From positions 190,674 through 254,673 of the forward strand of contig NMRA01000328.1 in NCBI GenBank assembly GCA_002633005.1: 64,000 bases of DNA, read 5' to 3'. Each line of letters opens with the position of its first letter. The stretch's first letter is position 1. The translations under genes and the position numbers were made by a program. The stretch is from Phoronis australis (Eukaryota; Animalia; Phoronida). Below the pieces are notes generated by a model. The model saw only the letters and a program-made list of their open reading frames with translations, made no database searches and was not told the DNA's origin. Below, in pieces: positions 28,101-41,190 of the stretch.

Positions 28101-31100
28101 GAACCCCTTGAAGTATCATCGCATACATCTGACACTAATTTTTGGTCAATTCCTTTATTTCTGAAAATTGTACCTTTTACGAAAAACACCAAAAAGCCCT
28201 GTAAATAATTTGCCTCTTTATGAAACCAGGCAAGCTAATTGTAGTTCTGTGGACAAGCAGCATTCATAAAAAAACAGTAGGCAACCAACATGTGCTGAAT
28301 TGTGATACCATATCCAAATTCTTAGACAAGTTATTTGATCCAAAACCTGGTTTTGGCAAATGCATGTGGCAACTAACTGCTGGGCTGTATTGCAAAATCT
28401 GTGAAACTTTTCAACACTATGGATATGCAGTTGGCGGGCCACAACAGGTTTGAGGCTCATGGTGCACACTAATTACTGAAGACAAGGTCAATATGCAACC
28501 TATATTTTAAAGTTTTTGTTCCATAGTTAATGGACCCCTGCCACTCTGTCCTTGAATAGGAAGATTTCTCATCCACAGGTCAAAGACATCAAGCACAGAT
28601 ATACAGACCCATTTATTTTTCCACTCCACCAAATGTATTATCTAATTTGTCAATAGATGCAATCTGCAAACATAGGTTGCACCAGTTTAAATAAAGGCAG
28701 ATGGACATATTACATAGGCAGAATTTGAAAACACTTTGGTAAAAGGTTGAGATCTGATTACACCATCTCAAAGGAACGTGCAAGATAAAACCCAGATCAA
28801 TTTTAGTACACAGTTCATGATGTTTAGCTCCTTTCAGCAAAAGAGTCAAGAGGTAAAGCATGATGTGAGATGCAATGTCCAATGCTATCAGCCTGACTGT
28901 AAACACTAAGGAGCAGACAAGAGTTGTTCTGTACTGGTAGGCAGACATCCAACATCTCCCACCTGGGGGTAACTAGCCAATCAGAGTTTATCACAATGAA
29001 CACTGCATTCCTGTACTCTGTTATCACAGATGTACCCAGATACTTAGTTGGAAGTGTTGGAATACTGGGATAGGTCAAGACAACACTCAAGAAATCTTAA
29101 TTTAAAAACCTACACAAAAAGAATGAGGATCCTACATAAATCAGGTAACTTTGCAGGTAACAGGATCATTACAAGAATCTTTAAGATGTACAGTGTGGTC
29201 AATTAATATCATTGGAAATTAAATAAAATATGCTTGCGTGTCCATTATGACTCAAGTTTATTGCTACTCTGATATTCACATCCAGAAATCTAACTCAGGC
29301 ATAGCTTGCAGTCTCCATTGACAACATCAAGCACCTGGCCAAGACAGTTCAGTGGGCGCATCGGAACCACGTCCCCTCCTGGGTAATAACCAAAAGCAAC
29401 ATAAAACTAATGAAAGTTTTGGAAATATCATACCGTCCTTTCAAATACTAAATCTGCTTACACACATCTAACATTGCCGCTGAGAATACAGGAACCCAAA
29501 TTAGGATTTTTAGTTTTATGTCACTGAATTGGTTAAAATCATAAAATAACTTATCAGCGACATATGACAGTAAAACTACCATCTAACACCTCTTGCGTTT
29601 CAATAATAAAGACAAGGCTACGCCCTTTCTATCTCAATTTCAAGGGGTAACATGTGAAATGGGCAAATACAACCCACGCACATACCACTTAGATGATGTT
29701 GAGAAGTAGTAAATCTCTCTCATCAATTGACAACATGCAATATCAGTACTGTATACTGTCTCAGAAGCGAGTGAAGAAACAGATGAAATGTCTTTAAGTG
29801 TTCTTCTTGTAAGCAAGATTCAAACAGGTAATAGGAAAAAATAAACAAACAAGCAAAAGCAAAATAACTGCATAAATAGATCGGAGGTTGGAAATGATAG
29901 AAAAGCACCATTCCAATTCAAAGGATTTGATTTCTTATACATCCGAGTATAAACGACCAGGTATAGTCCATATTTAAGTATTCTTTGAACAGAAATTTGC
30001 ATTGTTTAATGACGAGGCTTGGTCAGGTAAAATGAAAACTTCCAAATGTGTCTTCTCTATCGCACCACCTTCACAATTCTCCAAAAAATTACCAACAAAC
30101 CATGAAATGAAAAGCGAGAAACAAGAATTCTACACTCAACACTTGAACCCCTTGTAATAATTACAATCAATTATGACCCGCGGGCCGCCATCTCCATAGT
30201 AGCAATGATGATAATGGCAGAATTATAAACAAACAGACAAAGAAAAAAGTCAAATCACCCTAATACAGACAGCACTATAATACATTGTGAGTGGGTGTAC
30301 ATGCCTGCATACAAACAACAGAAAAATGATTACCACAAGAGGCAGGTACATTGTCCTTGGCTCATTAAGCCATTTGACCCTGATATAGGAGAATAAGGTG
30401 CAGACACAATTTAATGGCAACAATATAACCTACATAATACAGAAGACTGTTATTGATTCCAATCACACACAACCAGAGATTTACAGTGAGACTCACACAG
30501 CTAACACAAGATGGCGTCACACACCAAAACAACATTTTGTAAACAACTCAAAGACCAAAATCCAATGGATTAACCCTGAGGGAATTTTTTGCTGTTATAT
30601 ATGTACAATAATATAGTTTAGTATAGGAGGTTTCAGCATACCAAAGCAATGTAGCTGATACTTTGAGGACTGCATTCTAAAACTTTCCTGTAAGATTGGC
30701 GAGACATCACTGTGTATTACAAGTACATGACCATTTTCACTCACAAGCATTAGTATCTCCACCTACTGCAAGTTTATGAATCACAATACAAAGTTCAGAA
30801 TACTGAATTACAGAGCTACGTTGCTATGTAAGTACAAGTTCATTTGTCACAGCACCAACATGAGGCATCTCTTAGACTAACATTTGGGGTTTTAATGTCA
30901 CCCCGACCCCCAAGCGAGCCTAAGCCAGACTGAGACTGACCAGTCCAAATCGATTCACAAATTAATGCGACAACGATGAAGAAAACCTATTCACTAATTT
31001 CTCTCATAATGTATCGATTTTAAAAATTCAAAGACAGTTGCTATTTACTTTTCAAATTTAAAAACAGTCATGTTGGTCGTTTGCCTTACTTATTGGGGTA

Positions 31101-32311
31101 AACAGTGCACGCTTTGACGTCCACTTGCGTGCAAATCTTGTTAGTGTAAGATTTGCTAAGTAAGTCATTTACAGGGTTCCTGATTTCTATAATTTGCTAT
31201 GCATAGACAGGCAGTGCAACGTGGGAAAATAAGAAGACACTGGTTGTAAACAGCAGGAAAACAGGTGAGTGGGATCACGGTGTCACTTTACATGTATCCT
31301 GTGTGACAATATTGGAAGAAATCACGCGTATAGAGCAAGACACTGATTATACTGTGAAGATGAGTACCATAGCAAGACACAAGAACATGGGTGCTGTTAC
31401 AATACGGCTTATATGGTCAATAAAGACCGCTTTGAATATCACAAAAATATAGTATTGAATGAAGGCGGATGTAGTCGCAGTTCTCACATTCATTGGTTTT
31501 AATACGAATGCAGGCAACCGTGTATGTGCACTAGATCGTGCAAGAAAACCCATTCGTACTTTACTTAGCTTGTGGCTTGGCAACAATGTGTAAACACTAC
31601 TGTTTTTCACTTCATATCTAGAAATGTTTGTCAACTAATTATCATTGGAAAAACAAGAGAATAAAAACACAAATCTGAGTTTTAAAATGCATAAAAGTGA
31701 GTATGAACATTACATATACCCCATGGTCAAGTCCAGTCTCATCGAAAGACAAGCTATCATTTAGAACTTGAAACAAGAATTTTAATTCCAGACATAATTT
31801 ATTATTAATATGTATCAGTTAATAAAATTGCTTCACCTGTTCAAAGGTAAAGTTTATAATCCAGCTATCAGATTAAAGTGCAGATATCAGGTGAACAAGT
31901 AAATTTAGAACGGATGTATACATCAATATATCTATAAAAGTCTCACACCCCAAGATAGACCAAAGTTTGGACAAACTTTAGGGACTAAGGGGAGGAAAAT
32001 TGAAGAACCAATGTGGGAAACATGTCAAACATATCTGCATAAAAATGTCAAAATACAAAAACTACACTTAGGGATGAAGATAAAAATACTAATTCTTGAC
32101 AATTCTTGTACATATGTTGCAAATGATTTTTCACAACATTAATGCATTTGCAATACTTGGACATTTTGATGAACCACATTTTACGAATAACCGACATCAA
32201 AAACATCAACACAACCAAAACGAACAACCAGGGTTGGATAAGCAGATGCAACAATCTTGGAAAAAAGTAAAGCCACATGAATGAAGTGCAAGTGTTTCAG
32301 GAGAATACTTG

Positions 32312-32513
32312 CAAACACACTACCATAACCTACTGGCAGCAATGATTTGTCGCAAACATACTACCATAACCAATGGCAGCAATGATTGGTCACAAACATA
32401 CTACCATAACCTAATGGCAGCAATGATTGGTCACAAACATACTACCATAACCTAATGGCAGCAATGATTGGTCACAAACATACTACCATAACCTAATGGC
32501 AGCAATGATTGGT
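32312..32513. repeat. 41-bp minisatellite (~5 copies)
   Basis: CAAACATACTACCATAACCTAATGGCAGCAATGATTGGTCA units. Confidence 0.92.
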
Positions 32514-34616
32514 TGATTAGATTGAAATGTTGATGGTATAGAATGCCATTTCCATTCCATAAGGAAAGGTTTCTTGGAACAAATGCATCGCAAATTGTGT
32601 CCATAGATCACATCCCATGCAGTTAGTTTACAACTTTGTAATGTAAATACATACTTTTGTGGGATTTACACAAACTTACCAGTGGAGGAATATTAGACCA
32701 GTATTCTGTCCAAGAAGCAAACTTTCAATTTAGACCATTGACTGCTATAAAATTGATCTCAACTTGATGAGAAGTTGATTTCTGAGTTATGAAGGTAATG
32801 ACACTTTGTTTACTGTTCAAGACCGAATGCTTGGTGTTCAATATGAAATGCTGTGACAAGCCAACTTGTCAAGCCTGGTCTCAAAAATAATTAACTGCCA
32901 ATTCTTTCTAAGCCCCAAAATCACCTGTAATTTGATTAAGGAACAATTTGAGACTAATTTCATAACAGTAAATGGTAAACTCTAAGTGTAGCGGCTTACA
33001 AATTACAAAATCGTAACACACTCAAGTCCACCAGAGGTCATTACTGCATGAATGGTGTAGATGCACAAGTCAGAGAACAAGGGCTTGCAGTTATTAAGAT
33101 GACCATAATCAACTGATTCTTAAAAGCACTCCCAATGTTTGGTACGTACATAAAGAGCACACATTCATACATGTCAAGAAGGAAATAATACATGAAGGCA
33201 AGGTTTACGCATCATAACATAGATTAGAGTTATATGATGATGAGGTAACAAAGATTTGAGACAACCAAGCTTCCTCTGCTCCTCTGAAAGGAGTGTTAAC
33301 CATGTGACAATAATGTCATCAGAGCCCAATGTGTCACAAACATTTGCTTCTTAAACTTACCACAAGAGGGCATGATGACACAGTGTCATATGTTATGGGA
33401 TATGTGGGCAGACAAATTTATCTCTCGACACTTGTCTAGAAATAACTTTGAAGGTAGAAGGTAAAAGCATGACAAACATGTCATGTCAACCTCGAAAATG
33501 TTTACCTAACGTGACAAAGAGTAACTTGGACTTTATAACACTAGGAAGAACATGAGTGTTAACTTTCTAAACATAAGACTATAGATATCCGAACTCAGTG
33601 TTCATTCATAAGCACACTGAGCAGTGATTGAACAGCAAACAGTCCACCACGTGCAACACATCCTTTACTACTTTACATTAAAATGAGTAAATATTAAAGC
33701 TAACAGCTCCATTACATGCACAGTTTAGCTACTAAAGTCACTTTGCATACGCTTTACACTACAACATGGCCAAAATAACAATAGAAATATTGCCATGCAT
33801 AGTTTACATACTAAGAAGTGTGCAAACTGTTAACTTTTCAGCTATGCCTTGAGTGAGCTATAGTTGCCAAGTACTGGCTAAAGACGACGTGGAAATTGGC
33901 CACCATGGACAACCCATACAACACTTGAAGTACATTTTTCCAGCTATAAAATATTAAATTTTAATACTACTTAGACACCATCTGAAGACATAGATTTATG
34001 ATTCAGGACAATGTGTAAAGTACAAACGGCAGAAATGAGATGTAAATCAAGGAAACAGCCCTTAAAAATTACAAAATTCCACACAAAGCCTTCACTAAAC
34101 AAAAAACTTGAATACAGCTGGGAACCTCTGACCACAAATCATATTTATCAAAACTGCTGGTTTGCAATGGTATTAACTAGGACTAAAAATTAACCCTTCA
34201 AACCCTTTATCACAAAACGTCAATACATGCAATTGATATGTTTAGAGTGCGTAGGCAATATTAAAATTCCACAAGTTTGTTTCAATATCTCAGTCACAGG
34301 ACGTGCGATGTACAGTATGTTGTACATGAGATTTTTGTACTAAATCTTTTCTTATCCTAGGATTTGTCCCGTGAATTTTCCTAATGTCTGCTAGCGATCA
34401 CTGATTTAATGGAAGTGTGTTTGTCTTGGAGGTAGTCAACAAACAAAGATGGCATAATTAAGTTAGCTGAGGTATGTTAAGACTGGATCTCAACATTATC
34501 TATGAGATGATGGTATATCAAATTACAAGAAGATCTGCATATAGTGTTTGAGATTTGCTTGACAATTAGGTCAGACTGGACCATGTGAAAATGTAAATAT
34601 AAACCTAATCCTGAAA

Positions 34617-34728
34617 TAGAAGTGGTGAACAGTGGGGTGCCCTACACAACAACAGAAGTGGTGATAGTGGGGTGCCCTACACAACAATAGAAGTAGTGGA
34701 TAGTGAGGTGCTCTATAAAACAACAGAA
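34617..34728. repeat. ~35-bp minisatellite (~3 copies)
   Basis: AGAAGTGGTGATAGTGGGGTGCCCTACACAACAAC units. Confidence 0.85.
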
Positions 34729-36130
34729 CATTCTTATTAACTGTACTTAGGATAAACATTGCGCTCCATTATAGTTGATGTGACTTGAAAAATGCTTTCT
34801 GCTTTTTTATTTATTCCTCTTTCAGTGATCAAATTCATAATGGTTCCCAACTTGTTCCCTACTAAGATTAAGAGACGATGCCGGTTTTACCATAGTAAAT
34901 GACTCAAATCAGAAGTTTAGGGTTGAGTTGTTAAACACCTTTTAGTTTCCATTACTGCGCTACCTCAGCAAAAGCACACAGTAAATCTGCCTCGTCTTAA
35001 ACCATAAATAACCAGTCATAACAAGATAACTTCTGTTACATAAGAAAAGGTAAAACATGATAAAATTACAAGCGAAAACAATTTTATTATTTTGTATAAC
35101 ATCACAAAATAAGTCAGATGAAAATTTTATCAAATATGTTAACTCACTGAATAATAGATACTGTATACTATGTTGACTGGCTAAATTTTGATACGATAAA
35201 TTTTCTAAACAACAAATGAAGTTAAACAATTTGAAAATAAACATACTGCAATAATGCCCAAAATGTAAGATAATTATAAGTATAATGAATGTATGACATG
35301 CATAACTATCAATTAAAACAGTCACAGGAATTTGACAACAGGTTGCAGCACTAACATATCAATTAGGGACAACACACCAAGTGTGTGGCCATAATCTCAA
35401 CCTCTTTATTAACAAGATTGAGGTGACTGAGTGAGATGCATGACCTATCAGAGTTACATCATGGGTCTTCACACCTGATAAGGTGAAGTAGTTACAGGTA
35501 AATATTCCTAATATTTATCTGAAAACTAATAAGTGACGTAGAAAAAGGCTCAATAACACTGTTACAAAAATGCTGTTTGTATACGGTAGCAATTTTTGCC
35601 ATCACCATGACAATAAACAGCTTATATTCCAAAACATACATATAACTGTGAGGTAGCTACAGATCCCCAAAATAACAGAAACAATTATGACAACTGAATT
35701 CATCGCACATTTAAAAATTAGAGAACTGATCATTTAATGCTACAGAAGTGTTAGTAATAGCTACATTTTTTAAAGTTTTTCCAAACAAAAGTGTCATAAT
35801 TAAATTAGTACATTTATCAAAAAGACTTTTCTTAATGAGATGGACCACAAAATCTGACTACAGGCAAAGACACGATTTTAAAAATTCTACCTCTAAAATA
35901 AGTGCTGCTTGCTGAAAAAATCAAATTCTGCTTTCTCACTCCTAGATAACAAGATATATTAACAAGATATATTAATCATTGTAGGGTATATTTAGTCGTT
36001 CTAATAAATTGTTAATTCAAATTATTGAATAGTGACTAACTCTACGACACTTCACCTCTTTCCAGCCTCACAAACTCAGAGTCAAGTAGCAGGTCAAGTA
36101 GCAGGCCAATTGCGTCACAATTGCGAAACA

Positions 36131-36209
36131 TTACCTGGCAGCTGTCAAATAGCGATGGTGCCTCAGTTCATAAAGTATTTCATTCTCAGCTGGTTCATGA
36201 AGCCCGCCC
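36131..36209 (-). CDS. TPCN2: TPC2 last coding exon with TAA stop
   Basis: gtttag acceptor, phase 2. Encodes GGLHEPAENEILYELRHHRYLTAAR* (human [25 protein letters not shown]). Confidence 0.9.
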
Positions 36210-36574
36210 CTAAACAAAGGTAAATAATGAACTACACAAAGGTGTCGTGAACAGTTTGTCAACGTAAAAACTATTTTTAGGAAAAAATCCTAAGGTAATT
36301 ATCACACAAAGTCCTTTCACATTTCATCAATAAAATTTTGGGAAGGTCATTTTCAACCCATAAAAGAATATACTTTCGTTATCCTTGCCTTAAGCCATCA
36401 GTCATGTACAACAGAATCACACGAGTGACTTCTGCAAAAATTGACATTTTTAATTGCACACAAATGTACACAATGTTGCTCATGGGAAAGGAAACGAGAG
36501 CAACACGGAACGTTGAAATGCACCCACGAATGCACTGCAGATGGTGTGCTTCTAAGATTGTTTATTTGCATCAT

Positions 36575-37700
36575 AAAAGTGACCACTAGATGGCATAAAA
36601 ACGTCGAATCCATCCAAAAACAGGGACATGCCATGGCTTCTATAATAGAAGGCTATTTACCAAATTTCATGAATATCTGTCAAGGAACTTCAGAGAAACA
36701 AAAGAAAACAGAAAAAATGAAATTGCCACTAGGGGGCACAACTTTCATTGGATTCGCCTGAAAGTCGTCGTAGTCTGTTGTTAGCTTGACATAAATACAC
36801 TTACTAAATTTAATAAAGATCCTGCAGTGGGTTTAGGGGTTTAGCAGATACAGCTATGGGCACAAAACAAAACAAAACAAAACTACCACTAAGAGCTGCC
36901 ACAGTAGTCGAAGTTGTCATCATCAATTGTGCTCTTCACACTGAGAACATACACTCAAATTTTCAAAATCAACCATAGACTGGTTTGGTTGATAGAGGGG
37001 TGGACGCCAAAAACCAGACTCAGAAACAGCAAAAATGGCCACTAAGTGGCAAAAAATATCTTGATTCTATCCAAAAACGGGAGGATAGCTTCATCTCATC
37101 AAAAGATGCTTATATTCCAAATTATATGAAAATCCGTTGCGGGCCTTTGAAGATATAGAGGTATAAAAAACTAAGGGGGCACACCGGTAGTCACATTCGT
37201 CCAAAAGTCGTCGCCGTCCGTTGCCAAAATCATACAACCATGGGCGCAAAAAAACGGCCACTAGGAGGCATCACAGCAGTCGAAGTCATCAGAAAATCGT
37301 TATCAGCCATCCTCTTCATAGTAAGAACATACATGCCAATTTTCACAATCATCCTTAGAGCGGTTTGGTTGATAGAGGGTGGACTCCAAAACAGTAAAAA
37401 TGGCCACTAAGATGCGCAAAATACGTTGAGTGATGCCTACGTGCCAAGTTTCAAGAAAATCAGTAGAGGACCTTTGAAGATAGAGCAGTAAACGTAAAAA
37501 AATAACATTGCCACTAGGGGGCATACCAGTCGTCCGGTCCATCCGAAATTCGTCGTCATCCGTCGTCAGTGTTATAGGAACACATCTGCCAAATCTCATC
37601 AAGATCTTGTGAGGGGTTTAGGAGATACAGCTGCGGACACCAGAAGCCCGGACAAACAGAGATGATGACAACATGCATCCACATATTTATATGTGCATAA
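36575..37700 (+). mobile_element. Helentron/HINE-like repeat (copy 2); boundaries approximate
   Basis: Same modules. Ends ggagatacagctgcggac...cggac...atgcatccacatatttatatgtgcata, a degenerate 3' palindrome. Confidence 0.6.
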
Positions 37701-37921
37701 ATATCTGAAAGATGGTTTTCTCAGCCATAAACCATAAAAGAAGTGTACAAATTTCATGCGAATCGACCACACACTAAAAGTAATGATTCGAAAAGTGCCG
37801 AAAATCAAAAGGCTTGAAGATGACCAATAAAAAATGCCACATTATTGAAATCAAAAGAAGTCATGCGAACCAATTTGCATATTTGGTGCATAAATAAAAT
37901 GTGTAAAGATTTTTTATGGTA

Positions 37922-38122
37922 TGCTGGACAATAATCACAACTCCTAGAACCTAGGAGGCAACCCTTTGAAGGAGGTGTGATGCCTCTGTGGTATCCCTTT
38001 GAAGGAGTTGTGACGCTTCTGTGGCATCCCTCTGGAGGAGGTGTGATGCCTCTGTGGCATCCCTCTGAAGGAGATGTGATGCCTCTGAGGTTCTAAGAGT
38101 AATTTGAGATTATTGTCCAGCA
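37922..38122. mobile_element. MITE whose interior is a 33-bp minisatellite (~4 copies)
   Basis: Perfect 15-bp TIR TGCTGGACAATAATC/GATTATTGTCCAGCA plus inner ctcctagaacct/aggttctaagag. Unit CCCTYTGAAGGAGGTGTGATGCCTCTGTGGCAT. Confidence 0.75.
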
Positions 38123-38732
38123 GATTTAATTAGAGTACAATGAACTTTTGTGGATGGATCAACAACTACATTTTATTATTCTTTGACATGGGTAGCGATG
38201 AAAAATAAAGATATACAATTTTTATTTCAACTCAAAACATTAAATAAAGATATCTATGCCTCCAAAAAGAGGAACACGTTGTGTATTGGTGACTAGTGTG
38301 CGTAATATGCCAAAATGTACCTGTTTATAATATTTTATACTTTGGCCAGTAAGATGGCTATAATTCAAAATAAACTATATTTTCAATTTTCACACAAAAA
38401 TGAATCATGATCTTTGATGAAAAGCACAAAAAATACGAGGCCATGTGTCTTTGCATTCTCTCACAATTGCGAAAAAATTTAATTGGGATTACTGGAAAAA
38501 TCCAGTCTGGGATTATTTTTAGAGATGTGCGGCTTTGGGGATTTTTGTACCTGGACCAAAGATCATGATTCGTTTTGACATAATATAACACACAAATGAA
38601 CTTCAATTCAATTTGAATTCAGCTCCCTTATAAGTAACTTTCGAACACCACTCCTCAGAAGTAGCGGCTTGGATTTACGTAAAACTTTCAGTAATTAAAA
38701 TTTATGCTCTTTTTACCAAAACACTGCTACTA

Positions 38733-40264
38733 CTGTTTTCGCCCTAATAAGCGCCCACGGTGCTTAGAAAAATTCACTTCAGGAAGGGGGCGCTTATTGT
38801 AGCCCAAAAGTGGTTGAAACCCGGTCTCCGAAACAGGTGAAATCGTAAGCTAGAATTCATCAAATTTACGCTCTGTGACAAATCTATAACCGATGACAGA
38901 GTTTCTACCGCTACAAAATTGCAGTGCATTGCTATCAAACTTTGTTGTTAAATTACGAGCATTTTTCAGAAAATCCCAGAGCAAAAACTCGCTGACTGAT
39001 GGGTTGCTGCCTCGCGATCGCTGGCTATAGCTCAACTTGAATTCTTGAATAAAAATATAGTTTCGACTCAACAAATTACCTGAAGTCCTCCTTAAGTTTT
39101 CAAAATAGCGTCCCAAAGATTTTTAAGTTCCTGTCTAGTCGGGATTAACTGCATATTAAGTCGGAATCTGTGCTAGATTGTACTCTGCAACACGAGAAAA
39201 ATCTCTGGACGAACGCGTATGTTGTTGTCACGTGATGTTTGTTTTGAAGTTCGTCTGCATATTGTTTGAGTGAGCGAGTGCGTGTCATCAGAGTTCACTT
39301 GCCAGAGTAAACGCGATGTAACGATCTAGGTGTGCATTGTAACTAAGGAAATTAACACAAGCAGTAAAGCAGTAAAGCAGAACATGTTTTATTTAGCACT
39401 TCTTGATCTCATCTGCTAAAAAAAAATTTCGAGAATTGTCTCTGTAAGGCCGATGTCATAGAGTCGCCTGGTGACTGGATGCGTGACTAGATGCGTGACT
39501 GTTTAAGAGTTATTTTTCGGGAGATTCGGGTGGTGTAAGGGTTTGGAAGTGTTCACTATCAGTGGGTCATTTTGACTTTAAAAGCACCAATTATGACTAA
39601 ATTAATAATCCCCCTTAAAAATAACGCAAACGTTTTTTACGATACTAGAAACTTTCACAAATAAGGGCCAGTATATATTTCTTGCCAACGCTATGATACC
39701 CGTTTCATGAATAGATAGTTCCCGAAGACTAATCTTCGATGACACGTACTTGACTGAATGTAGCGTGCGCTTCCTGGCCACGTGCTTTTAACTGAACAAA
39801 GGTCAAGTTTTTATTAGTCTTTGAGACGAGGTTTTCACCTGTAGAAAGAAATTTGGATTCCTGTTGAGGGAGAAGATCTGTATGGGAAAGATACAATGCA
39901 ATGCCTTTGACAAGTACGCCGGGTCTGTTCTGGAAGGTCAGACCATAATAGGACACGACCCTCGCAAGATCAGCACAACTTGCATTCTTTTTGAAGCACG
40001 ACGGAAGTTTGAAGTGTACAGTCACGGCTAAATACCGATGTAGCGACGAGGCTCGTGGTCTACACATTCCGCGCACAATGATTGTTTCACGACTGTCAGA
40101 TCTTATAGATAAATTGAAGACGTTACTGTGGAATTTTGGAACTGTAGGTAAGGCATTTTTTGCATGTATACTGCGTTCAAGGACTGGGCGCTTATTTTAG
40201 CAAAGTCTGAAATCAAGTGGAGGGGCGCTTATAGGGGCAGGGGCGCTTATCAGAGCGAATGCGG
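38733..40264 (+). mobile_element. TA-flanked TIR element (Tc1/mariner/pogo-type ends) with a decayed HIRAN-like domain
   Basis: TA|CTGTTTTCGCCCTAATAAGCGCCC ... GGGCGCTTATCAGAGCGAATGCGG|TA. Internal FFLKHDGSLKCTVTAKYR..RGLHIP at ~39985-40130. Confidence 0.75.
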
Positions 40265-40721
40265 TATTGTATATATCTGACTTAATGCACATCCTTGCTT
40301 ATAAGGGAACTATTTATTATAAATTCAACAATAGATAAAATTGCATTTCATACAACATAGTACCTTTACAACACTTGACAGCAAATCAAAGCCAAATAGA
40401 TTGGTGCAGAGCTAGTCATTAAAGTTATGCATAAAGACTTACCTTGCCATTTGCAACTTAGACCTCAACAAACACATAAAACTTCTGTCTTCTCAATCAC
40501 AGCCTCTGACAAAACTTAACCAAGCGTAAAAAATGAAAGTACTCAGGACGGGAGTTTTGATCTCAACGCTGATTCATTCAATTACGAGTTGATCTAATGA
40601 AGGCTAAAACGGAATTTTAACTAAAAGATCCACACAGACAAACATGTGTGTGGTTTAACTCAGTGTTCATAAATTCATTATGCACTGAAAACATTAGAAG
40701 GAATGAAAGAATGGACCCTAC

Positions 40722-40810
40722 CTGAACATGTCATGCACCGACAGTGATTCATTGTACTCGTTGCCAGAGGGCGATCTGTCTCGCTTCTGATCCCAGCGCA
40801 TGATAAAATT
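40722..40810 (-). CDS. TPCN2: TPC2 penultimate coding exon
   Basis: ttgtag acceptor, gtaggg donor, 89 nt. Encodes NFIMRWDQKRDRSPSGNEYNESLSVHDMFR (human NFLHKWD...MTVELLFR). Confidence 0.92.
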
Positions 40811-41064
40811 CTACAAAGAGGAGACAGTAAATTCATCCTACTACCGCTGCTGCAGCTATTATTATTTTATAGTATCATTACCTAGCAGGTATGGAGAATG
40901 TAAAATTACGTTCAGATATTAACAGTGAAACAGTAAACCTTGGAATATTCTTCAAAATTTACGAAACAATTACAATTTGACAAATGCGTTTCTTTTTGGT
41001 TGCAAGAGATACACACAGTTTTCTCGGAAATAGCATTACACAATCTCTATTAGCAACAACATGT

Positions 41065-41190
41065 CATAATGCAGGCTAAGAAATGGATAGCTGGCATGAT
41101 GCAGGCTAAGAAGTGGATAGCTGGCATGATGCAGGCTAAGAAATGGATAGCTGGCATGATGCAGGCTAAGAAACGGATAGCTGGCATAAT
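41065..41190. repeat. 30-bp minisatellite (4 copies)
   Basis: GCAGGCTAAGAAATGGATAGCTGGCATGAT units. Confidence 0.92.

Noticed and set aside
32312-32513. CRISPR-like periodicity (also 41065-41190 and 49986-50144)
   Set aside because: Units are head-to-tail with no unique spacers, there are no cas genes, and the context is eukaryotic. These are minisatellites.
40436-40490. Strong AAG|GTAAGT donor on the minus strand as an extra TPC2 exon
   Set aside because: No convincing acceptor or TPC2-like peptide. Exons 40722-40810 and 36131-36209 already join in phase and match the human C-terminus.
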